Positions 1-9,228 of a stretch of DNA of 64,000 nt are shown here, piece by piece; the first letter of the stretch is position 1, and each line of letters begins with the position of its first letter. Made by a program: the position numbers and the translations under genes. The notes under the pieces are model-generated. The model was not told the DNA's origin and made no database searches. It saw nothing but the letters and a program-made list of their open reading frames with translations. Source of the DNA: Eubacteriales bacterium (GTDB lineage: Bacteria; Bacillota; Clostridia; Oscillospirales; CAG-272); contig JAZSBL010000023.1 in NCBI GenBank assembly GCA_045602385.1, forward strand, positions 34,598 to 98,597, written 5' to 3'.

Positions 1-881
1 ATCTCCGGCTCCTTTGAGATGCAGATAAAGCGCGTGTGGTTGTTGCCCATATCCTGCACCGAATCCGCAAGAGATTCAAGCGAGTAGAGATCCGCGCAAA
101 AACGCGAGGAGAGCGCCGCGATATCGTCGCGCCCCGACTCTGCCACGGTCTGCGCCGCAACTGCGGTGTTGGGAGCTACCGTTATCTTGACATCCCCAAG
201 CGTGCGCAAGAAGGATGAGCACTGGTTTATTGCCTGCTCGTGCGAGATGATCTCGCGGATATTCTCGATTCTCGCACCCTTTTTGGCGAGGAGATGATGG
301 TCTATCTTGATCCTTACCGAGCGGACGATGTTGAATTTATGCTCCAGCATAAGCTCATAGACCTTTTTGACCGAGCCTGCCGTGCTGTTCTCGATAGGAA
401 GCACGCCGTAGCGGCACTCGCCCGACTCAATAGCCGAAAAAACGGCATCGAAGGATTTGTAGTAGCTTATCTCGGGAAGCTCAAACAGCCTTTCGGCGGC
501 TATCTGGGAGTATGCACCCTCAACGCCCTGGCATGCGACGCGCGCGCGAGTGGGGAACATGGGGGCGGTCGCCTTGATATTATTCTTTATGTCGGAGTAT
601 ACCTCGGACACGGAATTGAGCTTCGTATATTGATACGCGCGGGATACGTCGAGCATGGTGTGGTAGAGCGTTCTCGCGTAGCCGTCAAGCTCCTCCCCCG
701 CCATGTCGGATATTTTGCCGAGCAGGGCGCGCTCACGCGCGGCATCAAGCACGGGCAAGCCGCGCTCCTTTTTATATTCCGCGACGGATGCCGCAACCGC
801 CATTCTCTTTTTGAAGAGATCGACCATTTGCGCGTCTATCTCGTTTATTTCTTCTCTTAGTGTATTGATATCCAATTCCAT
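1..881 (-). CDS. pheA: bifunctional chorismate mutase / prephenate dehydratase, N-terminal ~293 aa (3' end beyond window start)
   Basis: Not in ORF track because there is no stop in the window. Manual reverse translation from ATG 881..879 gives MELDINTLREEINEIDAQMVDLFKKRMAVAASVAEYKKERGLPVLDAARE (chorismate mutase type II), then RVACQGVEGAYSQIAAERLF...YGVLPIENSTAGSV...ISHEQAINQC (prephenate dehydratase). SD-like GGAAGAG upstream. Lies 18 nt after the aroC stop. Confidence 0.9.
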   Translation of the reverse strand, partial: MELDINTLREEINEIDAQMVDLFKKRMAVAASVAEYKKERGLPVLDAARERALLGKISDMAGEELDGYARTLYHTMLDVSRAYQYTKLNSVSEVYSDIKNNIKATAPMFPTRARVACQGVEGAYSQIAAERLFELPEISYYKSFDAVFSAIESGECRYGVLPIENSTAGSVKKVYELMLEHKFNIVRSVRIKIDHHLLAKKGARIENIREIISHEQAINQCSSFLRTLGDVKITVAPNTAVAAQTVAESGRDDIAALSSRFCADLYSLESLADSVQDMGNNHTRFICISKEPE

Positions 882-899
882 TTTTCTCTTCCTGTAGCT

Positions 900-1973
900 T
901 TAACTCATAAGATCCATTACCGCAAGCGCCGCGGCCGCCTCGAAAACGGGTACTGCGCGAGGAACTATGCATGGATCGTGTCTGCCGCCAACGGTTATCT
1001 TGACGTTCTCCATTCGCGAAAGGGAAACGGTGTTCTGCTCCTTGGCGATAGAGGGTGTGGGCTTTATTGCCGCGCGGAAGATCACGGGCATGCCGCTTGT
1101 CATACCGCCGAGTATTCCACCCGCGTTGTTGGTGCGGGTTTTGACCTCGTCGCCGTCAACGTAAAAGGGGTCGTTGTTCGCAGATCCTGTCATCTCGCTT
1201 GCCGCAAAGCCTGCGCCGAACTCGATGCCCTTGACTGCGGGGATTCCAAACACTATTCCCGATATCGCAGACTCGACCGAGTCAAACATATGCTCGCCAA
1301 GGCCTATGGGAAGCCCTATCACCGCGCACTCAACAATTCCGCCGACAGAGTCTCCGTCAGCGCGCGCCCGCTCAATAAGCGCCTTCATTTTTGCGCCTGC
1401 CGCGCCCTCAAGGACGGGGAACTTCCAATAGTGGAGAATGTCAATATCGCGCTTTGCAAGATTGACCGGATCAAAGGGGCGGTCATATACCGTTCCAACG
1501 GAGTAAATATGCGCGCCTATGTATATGTCACGTTTTGCAAGTATCTGCAAGCAGATACCGCCCGCGATACACATTGGAGCCGTCAAGCGACCTGAGAAAT
1601 GACCGCCTCCGCGAAGATCTACGCTCTCGCCGTATTTGATCCTCGCAGCAAAGTCGGCGTGAGAGGGGCGGGGAGTATCGGCAAGAGATGAATAATCACC
1701 CGATCTTTGATTTTGGTTATATATGACTGCCTCTATGTCCTCTCCCGTGGTGACGTTGTTTTCGTCAAGGCCTCTGAGAAATACAGGCTCGTCCGCTTCT
1801 TTTCTCGTGGTTGAATATGGGTCGTTGCCGGGGGCGCGTCTTGCCATAAACGCCCGAAGCGCGTCTGTGTCAATTGCCTCGCCTGCGGGAATTCCAGAAA
1901 GGATCATTCCTATCTTTTCGTCGTGTGAGCCGCCGTAAATGTCAAGCTTTATCCTTTTTCCGTAAGTGTTCAT
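900..1973 (-). CDS. aroC: chorismate synthase
   Basis: 357 aa. MNTYGKRIKLDIYGGSHDEKIG, RPSHADF, GGGHFSGRLTAP and GGRHDPC are typical of chorismate synthase. ATG start confirmed at 1973. Confidence 0.95.
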   Translation of the reverse strand: MNTYGKRIKLDIYGGSHDEKIGMILSGIPAGEAIDTDALRAFMARRAPGNDPYSTTRKEADEPVFLRGLDENNVTTGEDIEAVIYNQNQRSGDYSSLADTPRPSHADFAARIKYGESVDLRGGGHFSGRLTAPMCIAGGICLQILAKRDIYIGAHIYSVGTVYDRPFDPVNLAKRDIDILHYWKFPVLEGAAGAKMKALIERARADGDSVGGIVECAVIGLPIGLGEHMFDSVESAISGIVFGIPAVKGIEFGAGFAASEMTGSANNDPFYVDGDEVKTRTNNAGGILGGMTSGMPVIFRAAIKPTPSIAKEQNTVSLSRMENVKITVGGRHDPCIVPRAVPVFEAAAALAVMDLMS

Positions 1974-1981
1974 AAAAATCC

Positions 1982-3229
1982 TTATATCTTATCAAATCCG
2001 TCGAGGAAAGACGGGTAAGATTTATTTATAGCCTCAAATCGGCTTATTTTTACTGTATTTTTGCATACGAGCGACGCGATAGCCGCGCTCATTGCTATGC
2101 GGTGGTCGTTGAAGGAGTCTACTTTGCCGCCCGTGAGAGTGGGCTTGCCGCGAATTATCATTCCGTCCTCGGTCTCGCGAATATCTGCGCCAAGCTCTGC
2201 CAAAACCGAGCAGACGCTCTCTATTCTGTCGCTTTCCTTTAAGCGTAGGCGTGAGGCGTTGTATATTCTCGTTTCTCCCTCTGCTACCGATGCGGCAACC
2301 GAGAGGATGGGAACAAGGTCGGGAATGTCTGCGGCATCTATGTTGATACCGCGCAGCTTGGTGGGATAAACGGTTATTCCGCTCTCGGATACGCGTATTT
2401 CCGCGCCCATCTTCGATAGGACGCCAATGATGGCTCGGTCGCCCTGCGCGCTTCTTTGGTCGAGACCTTGGAGCGTTACGGGATTCTGACCGATCGCGCC
2501 CGCGCAAAGGTAGAAGGCCGCATTGGACCAGTCGCCTCCGACGGTAAACGAGGAGGGGGAAGTGAGCCTTTTTTTGCCGTTTATATAGAAGGTATTATCG
2601 TCAGGGTTGAATTTTACGTCCGCGCCAAAGGCGAGAAGCGTATTCAGGGTCATAAATATATAGGGTGCCGACTCTACGTTGCCCTCGAGCCTGAGTTTGC
2701 TTTCGCCCTCTGCTATTGCGAGCGCGAAGAGCAAGCCGCTTATATACTGAGAGGAGATATTAGCCGCAACCGAGTAATCTCCCGCCAAAAGCTTGCCCGA
2801 AATGTGGAGTGGGCTTTTGCCTTGCTCGGTGAGCGTTACGCCGTTATCCTCAAGCAGCTCGTAAAGTGGGGAGAGGGGACGAGAGGCAAGTCTGCCGCGC
2901 ATAATAAACGAGCATTCCGCTCCGAGTGATGCGCAGAGCGGGAGCATAAAGCGGAGTGTTGAGCCCGATTCGTTACAGTCAAGCTCATTTGCCTTTGCGG
3001 GTGTGTTGATGGGCTTAACATCAAAGCCGTCTGCGGTACGGCGGATATCCGCGCCAAGCGCATTCAAGCAGGATGCGGTGGCATCTATATCCGCATTGGT
3101 ATCGGTACAGATTATTTTTGTTTCTCCGTCGGAGAGAGCAGCGCAGATAAGCGCACGATGCGCCTCGGATTTTGAGGAGATGGCGCGTACCGTTGTCTTT
3201 GCCGACGGGTTATTGAACAGCATATCCAT
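1982..3229 (-). CDS. aroA: 3-phosphoshikimate 1-carboxyvinyltransferase (EPSP synthase)
   Basis: SKSEAHRALICAALSDG, STLRFMLPL and DHRIAMSAAIA are EPSPS hallmarks. Start moved to ATG 3229 (MDMLFNN), 1 nt past the aroB stop. The track start at 3259 is a TTG inside aroB. Confidence 0.93.
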   Translation of the reverse strand: MDMLFNNPSAKTTVRAISSKSEAHRALICAALSDGETKIICTDTNADIDATASCLNALGADIRRTADGFDVKPINTPAKANELDCNESGSTLRFMLPLCASLGAECSFIMRGRLASRPLSPLYELLEDNGVTLTEQGKSPLHISGKLLAGDYSVAANISSQYISGLLFALAIAEGESKLRLEGNVESAPYIFMTLNTLLAFGADVKFNPDDNTFYINGKKRLTSPSSFTVGGDWSNAAFYLCAGAIGQNPVTLQGLDQRSAQGDRAIIGVLSKMGAEIRVSESGITVYPTKLRGINIDAADIPDLVPILSVAASVAEGETRIYNASRLRLKESDRIESVCSVLAELGADIRETEDGMIIRGKPTLTGGKVDSFNDHRIAMSAAIASLVCKNTVKISRFEAINKSYPSFLDGFDKI

Positions 3230-3230
3230 C

Positions 3231-4280
3231 TTAAAGCCCTGCCTTGAAAATTTCTTCAAGTGAGTCTACGGACACCTTATAGAGCCTTGAATCACCGATT
3301 CCGTAGGGCATGACGAGGGTTATGCTGCCGCCCTGGCGCTTTTTGTCGTTAAGGGCGATGTCTGCAAGACTTTGCGCGGTGTATGGACATTCGGTAGGCA
3401 GACCGTAGGACCTGATAAGCGAGATCGCCTCGGCGCAGTCCTCTTTACTGCACAATCCGAGAGAGTTAGCCGCGCGGAGTATTATTGCCATTCCAATAGC
3501 AACGGCGGAGCCGTGAGAAATCGAAAAATCCGAGAGGATCTCAATAGAGTGTGCCGCTGTGTGGCCGAGATTTAGGAGCTGTCTTACTCCTGTGTCGCGC
3601 TCATCCGCGTCAACGACGTCACGCTTATTGCAGACGCAATTTTCGATAACATCCTCGATTTGGGGGAGAATAGGAGCTTTTAATTTCTCAAAAAGCTCGC
3701 GGTCGTTTATAATACCGTATTTGATGACCTCCGCGCATCCGTCGGCAAAGACGTCACGGGGCAGTGTCGAAAGCGTTTCGTAGTCACAAAGGACAAGCGA
3801 GGGCTGATAGAATGCGCCTACGAGATTCTTGCCTTCGGGAATGTCGATCGCTGTTTTGCCGCCGACAGAGGAGTCTACCATAGCAAGCAGGGTAGTGGGG
3901 ATCTGAACAAACTCAACTCCGCGCAAATAGGTTGCCGCGCAAAATCCGCAGAGGTCGCCGACAACTCCGCCGCCAAGGGCGAAAAGGCAATCCGAGCGGG
4001 TTATTTTATTCAAAGCCAGGAAAGACAGAAAGGCAAGATAGGATTCCGCACTTTTAGATGTTTCTCCCGCGGGAATGACGTAGGATACGACCTCGTAGCC
4101 CGCAGAACGAAGCGAGACTTCGAGTCTTTCAAGATAGAGGGGAGCTACGTTTGAGTCGGTAAGCACCGCCGCGCGGCAGGGCTTTTTGACGGTGGAGCAA
4201 AGCTTGCCTGCACGGTCGAGGATCCCCTTGTCGATTATTATATCGTAAACGCGAGACGCGTTGACTGTGACCTTTTTCAT
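3231..4280 (-). CDS. aroB: 3-dehydroquinate synthase
   Basis: 349 aa. GGGVVGDLCGFCAATYLRG, VDSSVGGKTAID and NLGHTAAH motifs of DHQ synthase. Confidence 0.94.
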   Translation of the reverse strand: MKKVTVNASRVYDIIIDKGILDRAGKLCSTVKKPCRAAVLTDSNVAPLYLERLEVSLRSAGYEVVSYVIPAGETSKSAESYLAFLSFLALNKITRSDCLFALGGGVVGDLCGFCAATYLRGVEFVQIPTTLLAMVDSSVGGKTAIDIPEGKNLVGAFYQPSLVLCDYETLSTLPRDVFADGCAEVIKYGIINDRELFEKLKAPILPQIEDVIENCVCNKRDVVDADERDTGVRQLLNLGHTAAHSIEILSDFSISHGSAVAIGMAIILRAANSLGLCSKEDCAEAISLIRSYGLPTECPYTAQSLADIALNDKKRQGGSITLVMPYGIGDSRLYKVSVDSLEEIFKAGL

Positions 4281-4283
4281 TTT

Positions 4284-5135
4284 TTATCTCCCGTCAATTT
4301 CTTCTTTTGCAATTCGGCCGTCGCGTAAAAGTGATACCATTTTGTCCTTATCCTTTGATCTGAGCGCGTCGCGGTAGGATGAGAGCGATGATATGATCTC
4401 GTCAAGCTCAAAAAGCAAGGGTTCCTTGTTTTCAAGGAAAAGCTCCGCCCACATGTTCTCGTTGAGCCACGCCACGCGTGTCATATCCTTATAGCTTCCC
4501 GCGGAAAATCCCTTGTGGTTCTTTGCGGTGGGGCTTTTGACGTATGCGTTTGATACCACGTGCGCAAGCTGTGAGGTGAAGGCGATCATCTTGTCGTGCT
4601 CCTCTGCGGTGGTAAAGGAAAATCTACCGAAGCGAGCGGGAGCGAGAAGCTCTTTTATTCTCCCGAGAAGATTGATGTCATCAAATCTTGGGGGGACGAT
4701 TACCATAGGCGCGCCCTTGAACATATTTGCTCTTGAATATTTATATCCCGAATTGTGTGTGCCTGCCATCGGGTGACCGCCGACGAAGGTATAGCCGTAT
4801 TCCTCGGCAAGGGCAAATCCTACCGTGCAGATGTCGCTCTTTGTTCCGCAAAGGTCGATTATTACCGTATCCTTTGCAAACAGGGGGGATTTGTTCTTAA
4901 GATATTCAACGGATGCTATGGGGTACAGGGCGATAAAGATAAGGTCGCATTTTTTGATATTTTCATCGGTCAACTCGCCGTTAAGAGTTCCATCAAGCAT
5001 CGCGAAGCTCAAGATCGACGCGTCACGGTCATAGCCGTAAAGCTCAAAGCCCTTTGATGATTCATTTGAATATTCGCGGTATGCTTTTGCCATCGAGCCG
5101 CCTATAAGACCAAGTCCGACAAAACCGATCCTCAT
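4284..5135 (-). CDS. tyrA: prephenate dehydrogenase
   Basis: Rossmann motif IGFVGLGLIGGSMA, GGHPMAG and the PDH C-terminal helical domain. Start moved to ATG 5135 (SD AGGTGG about 8 nt upstream). The track start at 5147 is GTG. Confidence 0.88.
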   Translation of the reverse strand: MRIGFVGLGLIGGSMAKAYREYSNESSKGFELYGYDRDASILSFAMLDGTLNGELTDENIKKCDLIFIALYPIASVEYLKNKSPLFAKDTVIIDLCGTKSDICTVGFALAEEYGYTFVGGHPMAGTHNSGYKYSRANMFKGAPMVIVPPRFDDINLLGRIKELLAPARFGRFSFTTAEEHDKMIAFTSQLAHVVSNAYVKSPTAKNHKGFSAGSYKDMTRVAWLNENMWAELFLENKEPLLFELDEIISSLSSYRDALRSKDKDKMVSLLRDGRIAKEEIDGR

Positions 5136-5215
5136 TCTTTTCACCACCTAAATAATAACAATATAATTTATTTTAACATATATAGCCGATTTTTTCAACA
5201 AATTTCGGCAAAAAA

Positions 5216-6217
5216 TCAAATCGTGTCACGCACTTTTCTGACCGAGTTCATAACCGCTGCAAACTCGTCGGGAGTCAGTGACTGCGGTCCGTCGCAAAGC
5301 GCTTTTTTGGGGTCGTTGTGAACCTCTATCATTAGTCCGTCCGCTCCGCATGCCGCCGCAGCCATGGACATGGGGGCAACAAGGCGCGCCGCTCCCGTGG
5401 CGTGCGAGGGGTCGACGACGACGGGGAGGTGCGTGAGCTCGTGAAGCACGGGGATTGCCGAGAGGTCAAGCACGTTACGCGTGTACTGTGAGTCATAAGA
5501 GCGGATACCGCGCTCACAAAGAATGATATTCTCGTTGCCTCCTGCCATGATATACTCTGCGGACATAAGCCACTCCTTGATTGTTGCCGAGAGTCCGCGC
5601 TTTAAGAGTATGGGCTTCTGAATTCTGCCAAGCTCTTTGAGAAGCTCGAAGTTCTGCATATTTCTCGCGCCAACCTGAATAACGTCAACGTTTTCAAAGA
5701 GGGGAAGATGCTCTGCGCTCATGATCTCTGTAACGATAGGAAGGCCTGTCTCGCGTTTTGCCTCAAGGAGAAATTCGATACCCTCTGCCTTAAGTCCCTG
5801 GAAATCGTAGGGCGAGGTGCGGGGCTTGAACGCGCCGCCGCGGAGCATTGTTGCACCTGCCGCCTTGACTGCATTGGCTACCTCAATGACCTGCTCACGG
5901 CTTTCAACCGAGCAGGGGCCCGCCATTACCGCGAAAATGTTGCCGCCCACGCTTGTATCTCCGATATTTACGACGGTATTATCGGGGTGGAACTTGCGGT
6001 TCGCGCTCTTGAATGGCTCTGAGATGCGCTTTACCGTTTCAACTATGTCAAGGCTGATAAGCAGATCCTCGTCGATGCGGCTTGTGTCGCCCACAAGACC
6101 TACTATCGTCTGATAGTCACCCTTTGAGAGGTGGACTTGAAGTCCCTGCGCCTCTATCCAATTTTTAAGGTCTGCTATTTGTTTATCGCTTGTTCCGCTT
6201 TTAAGTACTGCAATCAT
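5216..6217 (-). CDS. aroF: 3-deoxy-7-phosphoheptulonate (DAHP) synthase, class I-beta with N-terminal regulatory domain
   Basis: MIAVLKSGTSDKQIADLKNWIEAQG is the ferredoxin-like regulatory domain. It is followed by GPCSVES, RGGAFKPRTSPY and DPSH core motifs. Start at ATG 6217 with SD AAGGCGGA. The longer track ORF (to 6349) is an upstream extension. Confidence 0.92.
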   Translation of the reverse strand: MIAVLKSGTSDKQIADLKNWIEAQGLQVHLSKGDYQTIVGLVGDTSRIDEDLLISLDIVETVKRISEPFKSANRKFHPDNTVVNIGDTSVGGNIFAVMAGPCSVESREQVIEVANAVKAAGATMLRGGAFKPRTSPYDFQGLKAEGIEFLLEAKRETGLPIVTEIMSAEHLPLFENVDVIQVGARNMQNFELLKELGRIQKPILLKRGLSATIKEWLMSAEYIMAGGNENIILCERGIRSYDSQYTRNVLDLSAIPVLHELTHLPVVVDPSHATGAARLVAPMSMAAAACGADGLMIEVHNDPKKALCDGPQSLTPDEFAAVMNSVRKVRDTI

Positions 6218-6342
6218 GTCTTTGTCCGCCTTTGATGTGATTTTGAAATTAAAATAAAAACACCGAATGTAACAGCAATCTGCACTGTTGACACTCGGCT
6301 CATCCAAAAAGAAAATAAGTCTTGTCCGCAATAAATTTGCAT
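6214..6342 (-). promoter_or_regulatory. candidate 42-codon leader ORF (MQIYCGQDLFSFWMSRV...) overlapping the leader terminator and ending in ATGA overlap with aroF
   Basis: ATG 6342 is preceded by AAGGTGAT (7-nt spacing). Y4, F10, F12 and W13 codons sit just 5' of the terminator stem. The stop TGA overlaps the aroF ATG. There is a TATAAT at 6359..6364 on the minus strand. Confidence 0.3.
6251..6298 (-). terminator. intrinsic-terminator-like hairpin inside the aroF leader
   Basis: Minus-strand RNA CCGAGUGUCAACAG-ugcagauu-CUGUUACAUUCGG followed by UGUUUUUAUUUU, 34 nt upstream of the aroF ATG. Confidence 0.55.
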
Positions 6343-6555
6343 AGCACAAATCACCTTTATTATATTACGCTGCGTAATAGTAATAAAAGTAAAAGTATCC
6401 GTATGCAAAGCGTGCGTCAAGCATTCTCTTTTCTCTCCTTTTTTCTTGATATTAACAGTTTAGCACTCTGCGGGAGTGTTGTCAAGGGATTTTCCGAAAA
6501 AAATTAAAAATTCCTTATGATTAATGGTCTGAGGGAAATATATCATTGAAAAACA

Positions 6556-6584
6556 TTGACAAACGAACGGCAGGGTGATAAAAT
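6556..6584 (+). promoter_or_regulatory. sigma-A type promoter
   Basis: TTGACA (6556-6561), 17-nt spacer, TG-extended TAAAAT (6579-6584), upstream of the 6623 CDS. Confidence 0.6.
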
Positions 6585-6622
6585 GAACATATACAATAAA
6601 ATTTATCTTTCAGGAGGTCATT

Positions 6623-6889
6623 ATGGAATCTTTAAAGAAATTTTTCCCCATGTCGTGGGAGTACACAAAGGATGTTCCCAATTTGATCAAAGGAATTATT
6701 CTGTACGTGGTTGTGGGTCTTCTTGCGAGTGCGCTTATCGCCCTTTCGGGACTTATCACGGGTTGGATACCTGTAGTAGGTGCAATCGTCGGAATCGTTC
6801 TCAGGCTTGCAGGCGCGCTTGTTGACGTATACGTCGTAGCCGGAATAGTTATTCAGGTGCTTGTTTACACAAAGGTTATCAAGGACTAA
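6623..6889 (+). CDS. small integral membrane protein (2 predicted TM helices), function unknown
   Basis: 88 aa. SD CAGGAGG 6 nt upstream. Two hydrophobic segments (IILYVVVGLLASALIAL, VVGAIVGIVLRLAGALV). Hairpin terminator follows at 6904-6934. Confidence 0.7.
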   Translation: MESLKKFFPMSWEYTKDVPNLIKGIILYVVVGLLASALIALSGLITGWIPVVGAIVGIVLRLAGALVDVYVVAGIVIQVLVYTKVIKD

Positions 6890-7064
6890 AAAACATTAAA
6901 AAAGCAGTCGGGGCGGTCTTGTGACTGCCCTTTTATAATATCAAGTGGGATTGATAGTCGCAATAATAAAAGTTAAGTTTAAGGGTGCCATATATTGACA
7001 AAAAGTTAAAAACAAACTATAATATACTTGAAAAGTAATTATACCGATGAAAGGGGTGGACACG

Positions 7065-8189
7065 GTGAAAAAAGCGCCATTGGTTTTGTTATGTCTTAGC
7101 ATGGCATTGTTTATTTCCGTGGGATATGCTGCCGTTTCGGGCAATTTGTCAATCCTCGGAAGTGTGTCAGCAGAAGCGACAGACTATCCTGTATATATTA
7201 CCCGAGTGTCCCCCAAGCAGATCGGAAACGTTACTGTTAACCAGTATTTCAGCACGATAATGATCGCATCCACCACGGGGGCCGGACAAGCCGTATTTAC
7301 GGTTACTGTAAAGAACAATACTGACAAGACCTACGTTTTCGAGAGGATCGTGACCGGGGCTGAGGTTGCAGGCGATAAGGTGTATAACGGAGATGGAATT
7401 ACTTATTCCTTAAGCGGCATAGGATTTCTTACGGAGATCGAGCCGGGGGAGAGCTTGGAATTTACCGTTACAATGAACGTTGCATCAGGCGTAGTTGAGG
7501 AAAACGTATACACCTACTTCAAGTTTATAGAAAAGACCCACGAGGACATACTCCCCGACGGAGAATCTACTGAAGCGACACAGGCGCCTACCGAGTCGCC
7601 CACGGAGTCGCCGACGGAGGCTCCCGGTGAGGTTGTTACTCAAACAGAGAAGGAAACAGAACAGGAAACCGAGACCGATGACGGCCACATGCATAGTGAT
7701 ATGCTTGGACTTGCTGAGGCGCTACGCTCAGATGCGAAGAAATGCCTTAATGCCGATAACACAATATGGTCTGCCGTGCAGAAATCGATCACTGATAGCA
7801 ACCGCCCGGATGGTGCGCCCGCAATGGTGTACTGTGATTCGAACAAATACGGGGGCATGAACTTGATCAATATAACTCAAAGCGCAAACAGCCTGCTCGC
7901 AAGTGGTAACAGTGTTTTCTTTGTCATTCTCGCGGATGAGGAAAATCCCAACAGGCTTTTCTTATACATGTATTACGAGGACGTTTGCGATGATGCCGGT
8001 CAGGGTCAACAAATAGAGACGTATCTACAAGTAATAGTGCGTTCTGACGAGGACAGCGACTGGGAAGAGAATGGAACATACAAGGGTATGGCAACGGTTG
8101 ACAGAATGTGGATTGGAATCAAGAACGAATACGCAATCACAATTGACCCGCGTACTTGGTATGCAACGTCAGTAGTTTCAACAGAATAA
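7065..8189 (+). CDS. secreted or membrane-anchored protein with T/E/P-rich linker, function unknown
   Basis: Consensus promoter TTGACA-17-TATAAT at 6995-7023. Start placed at GTG 7065 (VKKAPLVLLCLSMALFISVGYA signal-like, SD AAAGGGGTGG). The track ATG 7047 is also possible. Contains a PTESPTESPTEA tandem and an acidic linker. Confidence 0.65.
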   Translation: MKKAPLVLLCLSMALFISVGYAAVSGNLSILGSVSAEATDYPVYITRVSPKQIGNVTVNQYFSTIMIASTTGAGQAVFTVTVKNNTDKTYVFERIVTGAEVAGDKVYNGDGITYSLSGIGFLTEIEPGESLEFTVTMNVASGVVEENVYTYFKFIEKTHEDILPDGESTEATQAPTESPTESPTEAPGEVVTQTEKETEQETETDDGHMHSDMLGLAEALRSDAKKCLNADNTIWSAVQKSITDSNRPDGAPAMVYCDSNKYGGMNLINITQSANSLLASGNSVFFVILADEENPNRLFLYMYYEDVCDDAGQGQQIETYLQVIVRSDEDSDWEENGTYKGMATVDRMWIGIKNEYAITIDPRTWYATSVVSTE

Positions 8190-8200
8190 TTAAAATTTTA

Positions 8201-8228
8201 GCGGTCGCCCGTTTGGGCGGCCGCTTTT
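8201..8228. terminator. bidirectional hairpin terminator
   Basis: GCGGTCGCCC-gttt-GGGCGGCCGC followed by TTTT, between convergent genes. Confidence 0.7.
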
Positions 8229-8240
8229 GTAATAGGTGTT

Positions 8241-9080
8241 TTATTTTGAAAATCTCCTTGCGTAGCCGCATTTGCGGCACATTGATTCTATGCCGCGGCG
8301 GCGTGTAAATCCGTCGTATATCGCGCGTGCGCGGGGAGAGGAGAGGATCTCGTCAAGCTCGGAGTCAAATAGGTTTCCGAGCGTAAGATTTCCGTCTGCG
8401 TCAAGGCAGCAGGGAACGACGCGGCCGTCAGAGAGTATGCCTATCTGGTCGCGCAGGCCGTAGCAGAAAAGATCTGCGTCGGGGCCGCATTCAGGAGCAT
8501 TCGGGTCGGGCCAGTCAAACCGCTCGCCCCATTCGAGGAAGATTTTCTCGGAGAGGCGCTGACTCTGGCCGCCGCGAATATCCTTCCATTCGCCGGGGAA
8601 GGAGGCGCGCAGGAAGTCTAAAATTTCGGAGTTGTCCGCGTCTGAGCCAAGATTCCATAGGCGCAAGGCGATTATACAGCCGCGGCTTGCCGCCTCCTTG
8701 GCAAAGGAAACGCAGGACTCAAGGTAGTCTTCCGCAGAAAAAGCGGGATTTGCCTCCGGCGCGTGGAGAGAAATGCTTACCTTGTATGGAAGCGCGGATA
8801 GGATGGAGTCGCCCTTCTGCTTGAGAAGAGAGCCGTTGGTGGTTATTGCGGGTAAGAATCCCGCCGCGCGCGCCTTTTCTATAAAGCGGGGGAGAAGGGG
8901 ATGAAGCGCAGGCTCTCCCATAAGGTGAAAGAACAAATATTTTGATCTGCCGGCGATCTTTGAGAGCAAGGTGTCAAATTCCTCCTCGCCGAGAAGCTTC
9001 TTCGGTCTTGAGGTCTTATGACAAAATGAGCAATCGAGATTACAAACGTTTGTTATTTCAAGATATATCTTATCAAGCAT
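8241..9080 (-). CDS. radical SAM / SPASM-domain protein
   Basis: CNLDCSFCH is the CxxxCxxC radical SAM cluster motif. The C-terminal Cys-rich segment (GRVVPCCLDADGN...CRKCGY) is SPASM/twitch-like. SD GGAAAGGAGG. Confidence 0.85.
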   Translation of the reverse strand: MLDKIYLEITNVCNLDCSFCHKTSRPKKLLGEEEFDTLLSKIAGRSKYLFFHLMGEPALHPLLPRFIEKARAAGFLPAITTNGSLLKQKGDSILSALPYKVSISLHAPEANPAFSAEDYLESCVSFAKEAASRGCIIALRLWNLGSDADNSEILDFLRASFPGEWKDIRGGQSQRLSEKIFLEWGERFDWPDPNAPECGPDADLFCYGLRDQIGILSDGRVVPCCLDADGNLTLGNLFDSELDEILSSPRARAIYDGFTRRRGIESMCRKCGYARRFSK

Positions 9081-9160
9081 ACGTTACCTCCTTTCCACGG
9101 GTCTTTGATGATATTACACATGTATTATAGCATGAAAACACGGACTTGTAAAGCATAAGG

Positions 9161-9204
9161 CAAAACAAAAATCGGCCTCCTCGCCATTTATTGGCGGGGA
9201 GGTC
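9161..9204 (-). terminator. intrinsic terminator of the 9229-10647 gene
   Basis: Minus-strand hairpin: 5' arm GACCUCCCCGCC, loop AAUAAAU, 3' arm GGCGAGGAGGCC. It is followed by GAUUUUUGUUUUG. Confidence 0.7.
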
Positions 9205-9228
9205 TTCTGCTATGCCGTAAAAGGCTTT

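Noticed and set aside
240-860. 206-aa + strand ORF (and smaller ORFs at 36-972) listed in the track
   Set aside because: They lie antisense to a clearly recognisable pheA reading frame (chorismate mutase plus prephenate dehydratase motifs). Their sequence is low-complexity-like and has no recognisable motif.
6218-6420. T-box riboswitch upstream of aroF
   Set aside because: There is no conserved T-box 14-mer, AG bulge or distal-loop motif. The region is better described as a short leader ORF plus a terminator.
7065-7200. TasA/camelysin-like (SipW-dependent) fibre protein, because AVSGNLSILGS after the signal peptide resembles ASGTLDLS
   Set aside because: The similarity is limited to about 8 residues. 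There is no sipW or tapA-like neighbour, and the rest of the protein could not be aligned by eye.
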